A program made the position numbers and the translations under genes. Below, in pieces: positions 36,394 through 45,045 of a stretch of DNA of 64,000 bases. Source of the DNA: Candidatus Limnocylindrales bacterium (lineage in GTDB: Bacteria; Chloroflexota; Limnocylindria; Limnocylindrales; CSP1-4). The notes beneath the pieces were generated by a model. It made no database searches. It saw nothing but the letters and a program-made list of their open reading frames with translations, and was not told the origin of the DNA. Numbering within the stretch: position 1 is the first letter of the stretch; each line of letters begins with the position of its first letter. The DNA is taken from assembly GCA_035720425.1 (NCBI GenBank), contig DASTOB010000061.1, forward strand, positions 29,870-93,869, in the 5' to 3' direction.

Positions 36394-37581
36394 ATGAAGA
36401 TCGGGCTCGTCTCGCCGTACGTGTATCCGCTGCCCGGCGGCGTCACCCAACACGTCCGCTACCTCTACGAGAACCTGCGCCTGCGCGGTCACGACGTCCG
36501 GATCATCACCAGCTCGCACGGCCTGCAGCGCGCATCGGACGGCGACATCATCCGAATCGGCAAGGGGTTCTCGATGCCGGCCAACGGGTCGGTCGGCACG
36601 ATCACGCTGTCGCCGCGCTTCGTGTCGCAGGTTCAGGACGTGCTCGATCGCGAGCAGTTCGACCTGCTCCACTTCCACGAGCCGTTCGTGCCGTTCCTGT
36701 CGCTCATCGTGCTGCGCCAGTCACGGAGCGTGAACGTCGCGACGTTCCACGCCTATGGTGGCTTTTCCACTGCCTACGAGTTCGGCAGCCGGGTGCTCGG
36801 CGGGTATGCGGCGCGGCTCCACGGGCGGATCGCGGTGAGCGCCGCGGCGCGCCACTTCATCGACCGGTTCTTTCCGGGTGACTACAAGGTGATCCCGAAC
36901 GGGGTTGACGTCGAGCGGTTCGCCCGCGCGGTGCCCGTTGCGCGCTGGCAGGATGGCACGCGGAACCTCCTGTTCGTCGGCCGGCACGAACCGCGCAAGG
37001 GCCTCATCGAGCTGCTCAAGGCGTTCCGCATCCTGCGCAAGACCGGCTGCCAGTGCCGCCTCCTCGTGGTCGGCAGCGGGCCGCAGGAGCGGGAGGCGCG
37101 CCGCTACGTGCTGACGCGGCGGCTGGGCAACGTCGAGTTCCTGGGCCGCGTCACCGACGACGAGAAGGCGCAGCTGTTCCGGACGGCCGACGTGTACGTT
37201 TCGCCGGCGACCGGGGCGGAGTCGTTCGGGATCGTGCTCCTCGAGGCGATGGCGGCGGGCACGCCCATCGTGTGCAGCGACATCCACGGCTACAAGGGCG
37301 TCGTCCGACGCGGCCGCGAGGGGCTGCTCGTTCCGCCGCGCAAGCCGAAGGCCATCGCGGCCGCGATCGGCGAGCTGCTGGCCGATAACGAGCGACGCGC
37401 GGCGATGGGCGCCGCCGGGCAGCTCCGCGCCGAGGAGTTCAGCTGGCAGCGGGTCACGGCAAAGGTCGACGACTACTACGGCTTCGTCATCCGCCGCCTC
37501 GCCGCCCAGAACGCCTTGCCGCCGGGATTCCGGGCGGAGGTGCCGCCGGCGACGCGCGTCGCGGGGAGCGAGACCGCGTAG
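36394..37581 (+). CDS. pimA: GT4 glycosyltransferase, phosphatidylinositol alpha-mannosyltransferase PimA-like
   Basis: MKIGLVSPYVYPLPGGVTQHVRYLYENLRLRGHDVRIIT...FVGRHEPRKG...ESFGIVLLEAMAAGTPIV (the EX7E region). It is the last gene of the pgsA-ino1-acyltransferase operon. Confidence 0.8.
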   Translation: MKIGLVSPYVYPLPGGVTQHVRYLYENLRLRGHDVRIITSSHGLQRASDGDIIRIGKGFSMPANGSVGTITLSPRFVSQVQDVLDREQFDLLHFHEPFVPFLSLIVLRQSRSVNVATFHAYGGFSTAYEFGSRVLGGYAARLHGRIAVSAAARHFIDRFFPGDYKVIPNGVDVERFARAVPVARWQDGTRNLLFVGRHEPRKGLIELLKAFRILRKTGCQCRLLVVGSGPQEREARRYVLTRRLGNVEFLGRVTDDEKAQLFRTADVYVSPATGAESFGIVLLEAMAAGTPIVCSDIHGYKGVVRRGREGLLVPPRKPKAIAAAIGELLADNERRAAMGAAGQLRAEEFSWQRVTAKVDDYYGFVIRRLAAQNALPPGFRAEVPPATRVAGSETA

Positions 37582-37639
37582 GTCCGTGGCCGGACGACTC
37601 GAGGCCGGGGCCGCCCGCGGCTCGGGCCGGCGCTCGTGG

Positions 37640-37710
37640 GAGGCTGATCTTCGGGGCTGATCTCCGGGTCCCTCGTCGGGGCCCTCGTCGGGGCTGATCT
37701 CCGGGGCCTC
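37640..37710. repeat. Short interleaved direct repeats (GCTGATCT x3, CCCTCGTCGGGG x2)
   Basis: I read these directly from the sequence in the convergent pimA / giant-GT intergenic region. Confidence 0.6.
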
Positions 37711-37723
37711 TCGCGGGCCGTTC

Positions 37724-38043
37724 GCTCGTGGGACGAGCAGCCGGGACATGGTGGGGCCCGCGCAGGTCTCGTTCGCTCGTGGGACGAGCAACGGCGACCG
37801 ATTTGGGCGCCAGGGTGCACCGGCTGCTCGTGGGGCGAGCAACGCCGACGTGGTGGGGCTCTTCCGCGTCGCGTTCGCTCGTGGGACGAGCGGCGGCGAC
37901 CGATCGAGGCGCCAGGGTGCACCGGCTGCTCGTGGGGCGAGCAACGCCGACCTGGTGGGGCTCTTCCGCGTCGCGTTCGCTCGTGGGACGAGCGGCGGCG
38001 ACCGAGCTGAGCACCACAGGTACCGGCTGCCCGTGGGACGAGC
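37724..38043. repeat. Array of 7 GC-rich hairpin cores (GCTCGTGGGRCGAGC) phased every 51 bp, organised as a 102-bp tandem repeat of two alternating 51-bp sub-units
   Basis: The cores start at 37724, 37775, 37826, 37877, 37928, 37979 and 38029 (the last is degenerate). The 102-bp units starting at 37771, 37873 and 37975 are near-identical. Each core is a 5-6 bp stem with a 5-nt loop. Confidence 0.85.
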
Positions 38044-38056
38044 AGCCCTGCGACCC

Positions 38057-41000
38057 TCAGCCGGGCTGAGCGACTGCCCCGCTTCCGTCGTCGCTCGCCT
38101 CGCGTTCGGCCAGCGCGATTCGCCAGACCCAGGCGCTGTACGCGACGACCGCACAGGCAACGGTGAGCGCCGCCAGCAGGATCGCCGGACCCGGGGCGAT
38201 GAGCGACGGCCCGGCCACGTTGCGATCGACCGTGCTGACCGGGAACTGGAACGGGTACACGTAGGTCGGCAGGATTCCCTGGTACATGTTCACGATCGGA
38301 GCCGGGAGCGGCAGGGCGGCGATGTTCGGATAGAAGAACACGGCCGTGCCGACGATCGCGAGCAACGCACCGCCGACGAACCGCCGCGCATCGCGGGCGG
38401 TTGCCACGAAGCCCGCGATGAGGACGAGCGGCAGGGCGACGAGCAACGCGACCGGCTCGACGGCGACATTGCTGAGTGCGAGGAGCGTGACTTCCCCGGC
38501 CGTCGCGGTCACGACCGCGAGCGCGATCGCCGCCACGAGGGCAACCACGAGCGCGGGGCCGAACACCCCGACGACGCCCGCCGACCTGGCGAGCCCCGCG
38601 AGCCCCCCGAGCGCCCCGACCCCGACGCGCCCCTCGACGCTCCGGACTCCCCCGACTCCCTCGCCTCCCCCGACTCCCTCGCCTCCCGCGAACCGACCCG
38701 ATCGGATCGAATCCCCCGCCGAGCCGCTCCCGCTCGGTCCCCGGTGGTCCTCCGGCTCGCCCCCGTCCGTCGGCCGCTGCAGGCGAAGCAGCTGGCGCAC
38801 GAGGATGAGCACCGCGAGCGTGACGACGATCGCGAGGGCAGCCGACCGATAGGTGAGCACGAACTCCGGGATGAGCGTGGGGCACGCTCGTGAGCCCGGA
38901 AGCACCTGCTCGACCCCGACGAACCCGCACAGCGGGCGGTGGAACAGCCACATCGCGGCCGGCGCGACGACCGCGGCGGCGGCCGCGAGTCGCGCGAACA
39001 GCCACGTCCGCCGCGACGCCCCGTGCCACAGCTCGGCGAGGAAGTAGGCCAGGGCAAGGAGCACGAACGGCAGGCTCGTGTAGTAGTGGTACTGGAACGC
39101 CGCCCGATCGATCCGCGCCCACGGGATCCACTGGCAGGCAAACCCGATCGCGATGAGTGCGAGGGCCAGACTGCGCCGGCGGTACGCCTGCCACGCGGCG
39201 AAGGCCATCGCCGGCACGCCGAGCCACCAGATGACGAGGTTGCCCGCGTCGTAGATCGACGCCGCGGTCCCGCCGGCGAACGACTCCTGGTAGAACCAGA
39301 CCGGCTTGAGGTCGAACGGCCAGGCCCACCACGGCGACGAGGCAGCGTGCGCGGACGACAGCGTGTTGTGATAGCGGTACATGTCGCCGGTCAGGGTGAG
39401 CAGCGTCTGCCCGGTATGTCCGGCCGGCCAGCCGTCGACGATCCGATGGTTCTCGACCCACGCCCACGGCACGTACGAGGCGACATAGACGGCGACCGGG
39501 ATCGCGATCAGGCAGGCCAGCATCCACGCGACCGGGAGGCCGAGGGCCCAGCCCGGCCGGAGCCACCCGGCTGCCGGTGGATCCGCCGGCGCGAGCAGCG
39601 CCGCCGGATCGTCCGGCCCCGGCGGCGGTGCGAGGGGGCCGAACCCCCACCGCCCGGCCAGCCAGAAGGCGCCCGCGACGGCGATCGACCCGAGGGCGAG
39701 GGCGAACGAGGCCTCGAGCGGCGTGACGCTCACGCTGCCGAGCGCGATTGGCGCGTCGAGCACGCCGGCGGCGAGCGCGGCAAGGGCGATCAGCCCACCG
39801 GCCGCGGCCGGCGCCCCGATCGCGAAGCGGAGCTCGTCGTCCGACCAGGCGATCGGCCGGAGCACGGTCACCACGACCGCGACGAGGGTCAGGGCGATCA
39901 TGATGAGCGGGAAGAGGAGGTTGCCGCCGGTCTGTCCCTCCGGGACGCTGATCGCGAGATAGCCGAGCACGGTCGTCACGACGATCATCCCGGCCACGAG
40001 CACGAGCCGGCCCAGCGCGCTCCGGGCCAGGATGAGGATGCCGAGCGCGCCGATGGCGTAGGCCGCCACCCACTTCGAGGCGAGCGCCAACCCGAGCAGG
40101 AGGCCGATCGCCGGCATGACGACCCAGAACGCGCCGCGCCACCGCCACGCACCGGTCCACAACCCCGCGAACAGCGCGTACGCGGCAACGATGAACAACC
40201 CGACGTACGCGTCGTTCATCCCGATCCGCGCCTGGACGAAGAGCATCCCGTCGGCGACGAGCAGGATGGCGAGGAAGACCGCGACCGCGCGACGCTGGAA
40301 GAACAGGCGCGCGAGCAGGAACAGCAGCACCGCCATGATCGTCCCGGCGATCACGCCGGGCAGGCGCCATGCGAAGGCGTGGCTGCCGACACCGATCGAC
40401 GCGGTCGTCCCGTCGGGCTCGAACACGAGCAGCTCCTGGCGGTCGTCCGCCGGGTACAGCCCGTTGGAGTCCATCACCCACGCCGCCGGCTCGGCCGGCA
40501 AGCGCGCATCCGCGTAGACCGCGTTGGCGTGTGGCTCGATGACGTAGACCGTCCAGCCGGCCGGGTCGTCCGGCGCGGCGCCGAGGATGTGGACCTGCTG
40601 ACTCGCCTCGTCGTGGGCCACCCACCCGCCTCGGGCCGGAAGCGGTGCCGACCGATCGAGGGTCGGCGTGTCGTCTGCCTTGTCGCCCCCGATCGTGACG
40701 ATCCCGTAGCGCGGCCCGTCCGCGCCGTTCATCGTGAAGTACAGCTTCGGATCGTCGACGCCCGTGACGAGAGCGACTCCGCCGGCGCCGCCATCCGCGG
40801 GGAGCGTGGACGACACCGCCCCAGCGGCGGGCACGACGAACGTCAGGCCACTCGCCGCCGCGACCGCGACGCGCGGCAGCTCGACCACCTCGACGCCCGC
40901 GAGCCGGCCGCTCGTGATCGCCCCGTCGACGCGTTCGCGCCGATCGACCGGCACGGGGGCCAGGATGACGCGCTCCGCGTCGGATGCGAGGAGCTCGCGA

Positions 41001-43537
41001 TAGTGCTCCCGGTCGCCGCCCACGAGCCCGGCCAGGGCGGCCGCGACGGCCACGGGGTCGGCGACGTCGGCCGGGTTGGCGACGGCGGCCGGCGCGCGTC
41101 CCGCCTCGGCCAGCTGGGCGATCCCATCGAGGACGAGCGTGCCGGTCACCGTACCGCTCGCCGCGTCGACCATCGCAGCCCGCCCGTCGGCAAGGACGGC
41201 TACCAGCGCGGAGCCGTCGTCGGTCACGTGGATGCGCTCGATCGCGCCGTCGAGCCGCGTCAGCTCCGGCGCCGCGAGGCTGAAGCCGTCGGTCCCGATC
41301 GCGCGCGCCTCGTCGAGCGACGTGAGCTCGATCGTCGCGAGGACGCCATCGGCCGTCCCCACGATGAGCCGGTGGCCCACCCGGTCGACCGCGACGGCCG
41401 ACGCGCCGACCACCGGCGTCGCGGCCACGAGCGCGCGGGTGGCGAGGTCGTACGAGCGCACCTCGGTGCCGGTCGCGACATGCAGCCGGTCGCCGAGCCG
41501 ACCGGACCGACGGGCCGGATCCTCGTAGCGGGGCTCGATCACGGCGTCGGCCACCGGCACGCCGAGCTCGCTCGTTGCCCGCACCCGGTCGTCGCCCCAG
41601 GCGACGATCCCGCCGGCCATCGCGTACTTGGCGAGGTGCGGGTGCGTCCACTCGTAGATGTCGTGCGAGATCCCGTAGCGCCAGTGCTGGAGGAATTCGG
41701 TCGCCGTCCGCGCGTGATACACCTCGTCGAAGTGCATCTGGTACGGCTCCGCGAGCCGCCACAGCCGCGTGCCGAACACGGCGGCGATGAGCACGACGAC
41801 GATCCACAGGTCGAGCCGGTCGAGGCGCCCGCCACGCTCGCGGGCGAGGAGGGCGGTGCGATCCGGCCGGATGGGCCGCTCGACGAGGCGAGTCCGGAAC
41901 CACTCCCAGGCGCCGACCTCGGCGACCGGCGGGCGCTCGCGCCAGGTCGGTGGCCGCGGCGGTTCGGCCGGCTCGGCGATCGGTGATCCGGGCGACGATG
42001 GCGGAGGGATGACCGACGCCGCCGAGCGCGGCGCCGGAGCGAGGTGGAGCGGGCGGGCGGACCCCTCCGGGACGTCCTCCGGCGATTCGACCGGCGTTCC
42101 CGCAGCGGCTTCGGCCGACGCGCCGATCTCGCCACGCACCCCTGCGATCGCCCCGCGACGGAGCTGACCGGCGACCCATCCGAACGCCGCGGCGTGGACG
42201 AGCGCAACGACGGCGACCCCGGCGGCGGACCGGATGAGCGGCCCGATCCCGAGCCAGTCGTCGATCTGCGGGTTGTCCGGATAGAGCGTGGTGAGGACGA
42301 CGTACATGTTCGCGAACGTCGCGACCGAGACGATGACGTACGCGATACGCCAGCGCAGCGACCCGCCGGCCAGGATCGCGGCGAGGGCGAAGAACGGGAA
42401 CAGGTACCGCTCATGGACCCGGGTCGGCACGATGAAGAAGACGAAGGCGAGGACGATGAGCCCGACAAGCATGGTGATCCGATCCGGCCGCCGCGCAACG
42501 ACGAGCGTGACCGCGCCGATCGCGGCGAGGAGGAGCGCCGTGCCGACCAGCAGCGCGGGGACGGGCCCGAACATGAACGCGACGCCCTCGCCCGGACCGC
42601 TGCCGGCCACGTCGCGGACCCATTGGCCGCTCGCCGCCAGCCCCACGCCGTCGAGCGACAGGAGCGCCCACGGGTTGTACGCGTTGACGGTCAGGTATGG
42701 ATAACCGGCGGCGGCCGTGCCGACCTGCTCGAGGAGGCCGACGATCGATAGGCCGTACGGGGCCGACAGGGCGACAGCGGTGAGCAGGCCGACGAGCCCG
42801 GTCGTCACGACGCGCAGCGGGCCCCGGGTCCGCCACTCCCAGTCCGTCGTCGTTCGCCGTCGCTCCGGGGCATCGTCGCCGCCGAACCCGCCCTCCGGCC
42901 AGAATGCCCGCCGAATCGTTACCGCGGCGACGAGCGGAACGAGGATGCCGAGCTGCGGCTTGATGATCGCGGCGACGACGGTCAGGAACGCGGACCGCTC
43001 CGGCCGGTCGCGCCACAGTTCGCGGAGCGCGAGGAGCAGGAAGACGACGCCGACGGCATCGACCTGGCCCCACACGACGCTGTCGAACCAGGTGATCGGG
43101 TTGACGATGACGATGACGGCCGACACGAGGGCGGCCCGCCGGCCGATCCCGAGCTCGAGGGCCATCGACCGGACGAGCCAGGCGAGGGCCAGATCGGCGA
43201 GGATGGGCGGGACCTTGATGAGGTCGCCGATCCCACCGAACGCGGAGCCGACGAGGCCGACCACCCAGAGCACGTACAGGTAGCCGGGCGTGTAGTCGTG
43301 GAAGAACGGGCGCTCGTAGAACCCGAACGGGCCCTCCGCGGCGAGGTTCGCCGCCCAGAAGCGGAAGGCGTTGAGGTCCGCCTCGAAGCCGGATCCCGGG
43401 AGCAGGTATGCAAGAATGAGCCGGAAGGCGAGCCCGAGCGCGAGCACGATGAGGATCGCGCTGGCCGCTTCTCCCGTCCTGGTCCGCGTCGGCGCTTCCA
43501 CGCCCCGATCGGGCTCACCCGTAGCGGGGCGACTCAC
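38057..43537 (-). CDS. Giant (1826 aa) polytopic membrane protein: an N-terminal GT-C-fold glycosyltransferase fused to a PMT/GT39-type protein O-mannosyltransferase-like domain that carries a roughly 400-aa soluble insertion
   Basis: - N-terminal domain: FEADLNAFRFWA...DYTPGYLYVLW...HERYLFPF, with many TM segments.
- A Pro-rich linker follows.
- PMT-like part: MHFDEVYHARTATEF...WTHPHLAKY, then the insertion, then HAFAWRLPGVIAGTIMAVLLFLLARL and more than 10 further TM segments.
- I chose the GTG at 43537, which is preceded by AGGAGG. Confidence 0.8.
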   Translation of the reverse strand: MSRPATGEPDRGVEAPTRTRTGEAASAILIVLALGLAFRLILAYLLPGSGFEADLNAFRFWAANLAAEGPFGFYERPFFHDYTPGYLYVLWVVGLVGSAFGGIGDLIKVPPILADLALAWLVRSMALELGIGRRAALVSAVIVIVNPITWFDSVVWGQVDAVGVVFLLLALRELWRDRPERSAFLTVVAAIIKPQLGILVPLVAAVTIRRAFWPEGGFGGDDAPERRRTTTDWEWRTRGPLRVVTTGLVGLLTAVALSAPYGLSIVGLLEQVGTAAAGYPYLTVNAYNPWALLSLDGVGLAASGQWVRDVAGSGPGEGVAFMFGPVPALLVGTALLLAAIGAVTLVVARRPDRITMLVGLIVLAFVFFIVPTRVHERYLFPFFALAAILAGGSLRWRIAYVIVSVATFANMYVVLTTLYPDNPQIDDWLGIGPLIRSAAGVAVVALVHAAAFGWVAGQLRRGAIAGVRGEIGASAEAAAGTPVESPEDVPEGSARPLHLAPAPRSAASVIPPPSSPGSPIAEPAEPPRPPTWRERPPVAEVGAWEWFRTRLVERPIRPDRTALLARERGGRLDRLDLWIVVVLIAAVFGTRLWRLAEPYQMHFDEVYHARTATEFLQHWRYGISHDIYEWTHPHLAKYAMAGGIVAWGDDRVRATSELGVPVADAVIEPRYEDPARRSGRLGDRLHVATGTEVRSYDLATRALVAATPVVGASAVAVDRVGHRLIVGTADGVLATIELTSLDEARAIGTDGFSLAAPELTRLDGAIERIHVTDDGSALVAVLADGRAAMVDAASGTVTGTLVLDGIAQLAEAGRAPAAVANPADVADPVAVAAALAGLVGGDREHYRELLASDAERVILAPVPVDRRERVDGAITSGRLAGVEVVELPRVAVAAASGLTFVVPAAGAVSSTLPADGGAGGVALVTGVDDPKLYFTMNGADGPRYGIVTIGGDKADDTPTLDRSAPLPARGGWVAHDEASQQVHILGAAPDDPAGWTVYVIEPHANAVYADARLPAEPAAWVMDSNGLYPADDRQELLVFEPDGTTASIGVGSHAFAWRLPGVIAGTIMAVLLFLLARLFFQRRAVAVFLAILLVADGMLFVQARIGMNDAYVGLFIVAAYALFAGLWTGAWRWRGAFWVVMPAIGLLLGLALASKWVAAYAIGALGILILARSALGRLVLVAGMIVVTTVLGYLAISVPEGQTGGNLLFPLIMIALTLVAVVVTVLRPIAWSDDELRFAIGAPAAAGGLIALAALAAGVLDAPIALGSVSVTPLEASFALALGSIAVAGAFWLAGRWGFGPLAPPPGPDDPAALLAPADPPAAGWLRPGWALGLPVAWMLACLIAIPVAVYVASYVPWAWVENHRIVDGWPAGHTGQTLLTLTGDMYRYHNTLSSAHAASSPWWAWPFDLKPVWFYQESFAGGTAASIYDAGNLVIWWLGVPAMAFAAWQAYRRRSLALALIAIGFACQWIPWARIDRAAFQYHYYTSLPFVLLALAYFLAELWHGASRRTWLFARLAAAAAVVAPAAMWLFHRPLCGFVGVEQVLPGSRACPTLIPEFVLTYRSAALAIVVTLAVLILVRQLLRLQRPTDGGEPEDHRGPSGSGSAGDSIRSGRFAGGEGVGGGEGVGGVRSVEGRVGVGALGGLAGLARSAGVVGVFGPALVVALVAAIALAVVTATAGEVTLLALSNVAVEPVALLVALPLVLIAGFVATARDARRFVGGALLAIVGTAVFFYPNIAALPLPAPIVNMYQGILPTYVYPFQFPVSTVDRNVAGPSLIAPGPAILLAALTVACAVVAYSAWVWRIALAEREASDDGSGAVAQPG

Positions 43538-43569
43538 GAGGGAAATCGGCCTCCTGCACGAGCGTTGAG

Positions 43570-45045
43570 GTGGAGCGCAGCGTAGCACAGGGTCGCGCGC
43601 CGGAGGCCCGGCCCGATCGACCGACGCCCCGGCCGGCCCGTTCCTGGCGTGCGCTGCGGATCGCGCTCGCTCTGATGGCCGTGGCCGCCATCGCCTACAC
43701 GGCCTGGAACCCGCTTCGCTTCTACAACCACTTCGTGTGGCAGGCGGAGGCCTTCCTCGACGGACGCGCCGAGATCGCGTACCCGGTCGCCGCATCGGAC
43801 GATTCCCCGGGCAACTGGTTCTTCCAGGACGTGCTCCCGGTCGAGCGGCCGCGCGGCGGCGAGCCCGGCACCGGTCTTATCCCGTTCCCGCCGCTGCCGG
43901 CGATCCTGCTCGTGCCGTTCGTCGCCGTGTTCGGTCTCGCGACCGACCAGCAACTCATCGCGTCGGTCCTCGGCGCGATCGACGTGGGCCTCGTCTGGTG
44001 GCTCCTGGGGCGGCTCCGGGTGTCCGAGTCGATCCGGCTGGCGACGACGATCTTCTTCGGCTTCGGGACGGTTTTCTGGTACACGGCGCAGCTCGGCACG
44101 ACGTGGTGGTTCGCGCACGTCGTGGCGCTCGCCCCGCTGCTGCTCGCCGTGGGGCTGGCGATCGACGGCGACCGCGACAGCGCACGGAGCGAGGACGACC
44201 TGCGAGATCCGGAGGGCACGGATGCGGCCGGCCGCTCGATCCGCGCGCTCGCTCGACGGCCATGGCGCCTCCTCGACGCACGCCAGGTCGTCGTCGGCTT
44301 CCTGTTCGGCCTGGCGGCCACGGCGCGCCTGACCGTGCTCTTCGGCGCCCCGTTCTTCGTCCTCGTCGGCAGCGGCGGCAGCTGGCCGCGGCGGGCCGTG
44401 TCGGCCGGTCTCGGCGCAGCCATCCCGGTCGGCGCCCTGCTCGTCTACAACTACGTGTCGACCGGCCACCTGTTCCACCCCGCCTACGAGTTCCTCTACC
44501 GAGCGGAGGCGTTCGGCTACCCCACCCTCGGCTACCACCTCGACTGGGCGATCGAGGACCCGCGCTACATCCCGCAGAATCTCGCGATCATGCTGTTCAG
44601 CCTGCCGGTGCTCTTCCCCGACCAGGTCCCCTCGGCGCTCGGGGACTACGGCGCGCTGTGCGTCGATCCCGGCGCCGTGCGCGGGATCTTCGACGAGGCC
44701 TGCCCGATCGCGCTGCCGCGCGACGTCGGGATGAGCCTGCTCCTGACCAGCCCGGCCTATCTCCTCGCCCTGCCGGCCCTCCGCCTCCACGGCCGGTCGC
44801 GCCTGGTGACCGGGGCGGTGATCGCCGTCCTGCTCATCGCCGTCGTGAATCTCATGCACTTCAGCCAGGGCTGGGTCCAGTTCGGCTACCGCTTCAGCAA
44901 CGACTTCGTCGTCTTCGCGCTGCCACTCGTCGCGCTCGGCCTGGCGCTGCGCGGTGGGGTCGGACGGCTGGGCTGGGCCCTCGTCGCGGTGTCGGTCGCG
45001 GTCAACCTGTGGGGCGTCGCGTGGGGGAATCTGCTCGGATGGTGA
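43570..45045 (+). CDS. Polytopic membrane glycosyltransferase, GT-C-like (ArnT/PMT_2-like)
   Basis: 491 aa with at least 10 TM segments and an early periplasmic-loop acidic motif region (FQDVLPVE...PFPPLPAILLVP). It is divergent from the giant GT gene and is the first gene of a three-gene operon. The family call is by eye. Confidence 0.6.
   Translation: MERSVAQGRAPEARPDRPTPRPARSWRALRIALALMAVAAIAYTAWNPLRFYNHFVWQAEAFLDGRAEIAYPVAASDDSPGNWFFQDVLPVERPRGGEPGTGLIPFPPLPAILLVPFVAVFGLATDQQLIASVLGAIDVGLVWWLLGRLRVSESIRLATTIFFGFGTVFWYTAQLGTTWWFAHVVALAPLLLAVGLAIDGDRDSARSEDDLRDPEGTDAAGRSIRALARRPWRLLDARQVVVGFLFGLAATARLTVLFGAPFFVLVGSGGSWPRRAVSAGLGAAIPVGALLVYNYVSTGHLFHPAYEFLYRAEAFGYPTLGYHLDWAIEDPRYIPQNLAIMLFSLPVLFPDQVPSALGDYGALCVDPGAVRGIFDEACPIALPRDVGMSLLLTSPAYLLALPALRLHGRSRLVTGAVIAVLLIAVVNLMHFSQGWVQFGYRFSNDFVVFALPLVALGLALRGGVGRLGWALVAVSVAVNLWGVAWGNLLGW

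Noticed and set aside
37724-38043. The hairpin array as a CRISPR locus.
   Set aside because: - The repeat-plus-spacer period is only 51 bp.
- The would-be spacers are themselves repeated, as two alternating families that form a 102-bp tandem unit.
- The conserved core is only about 15-19 bp.
- There are no cas genes in the window.
37728-38069. The repeat region as a gene for a repeat protein (ORFs 37728..38069 +, 37748..38893 + and 37487..38017 -).
   Set aside because: - The period is a multiple of 3, but third-position GC in these frames is visibly lower than in neighbouring genes.
- The translations are low-complexity.
- The + ORF runs on antisense into the giant GT gene.
- I saw no start context.
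- I have left the locus as a non-coding repeat, with this caveat noted in the finding.
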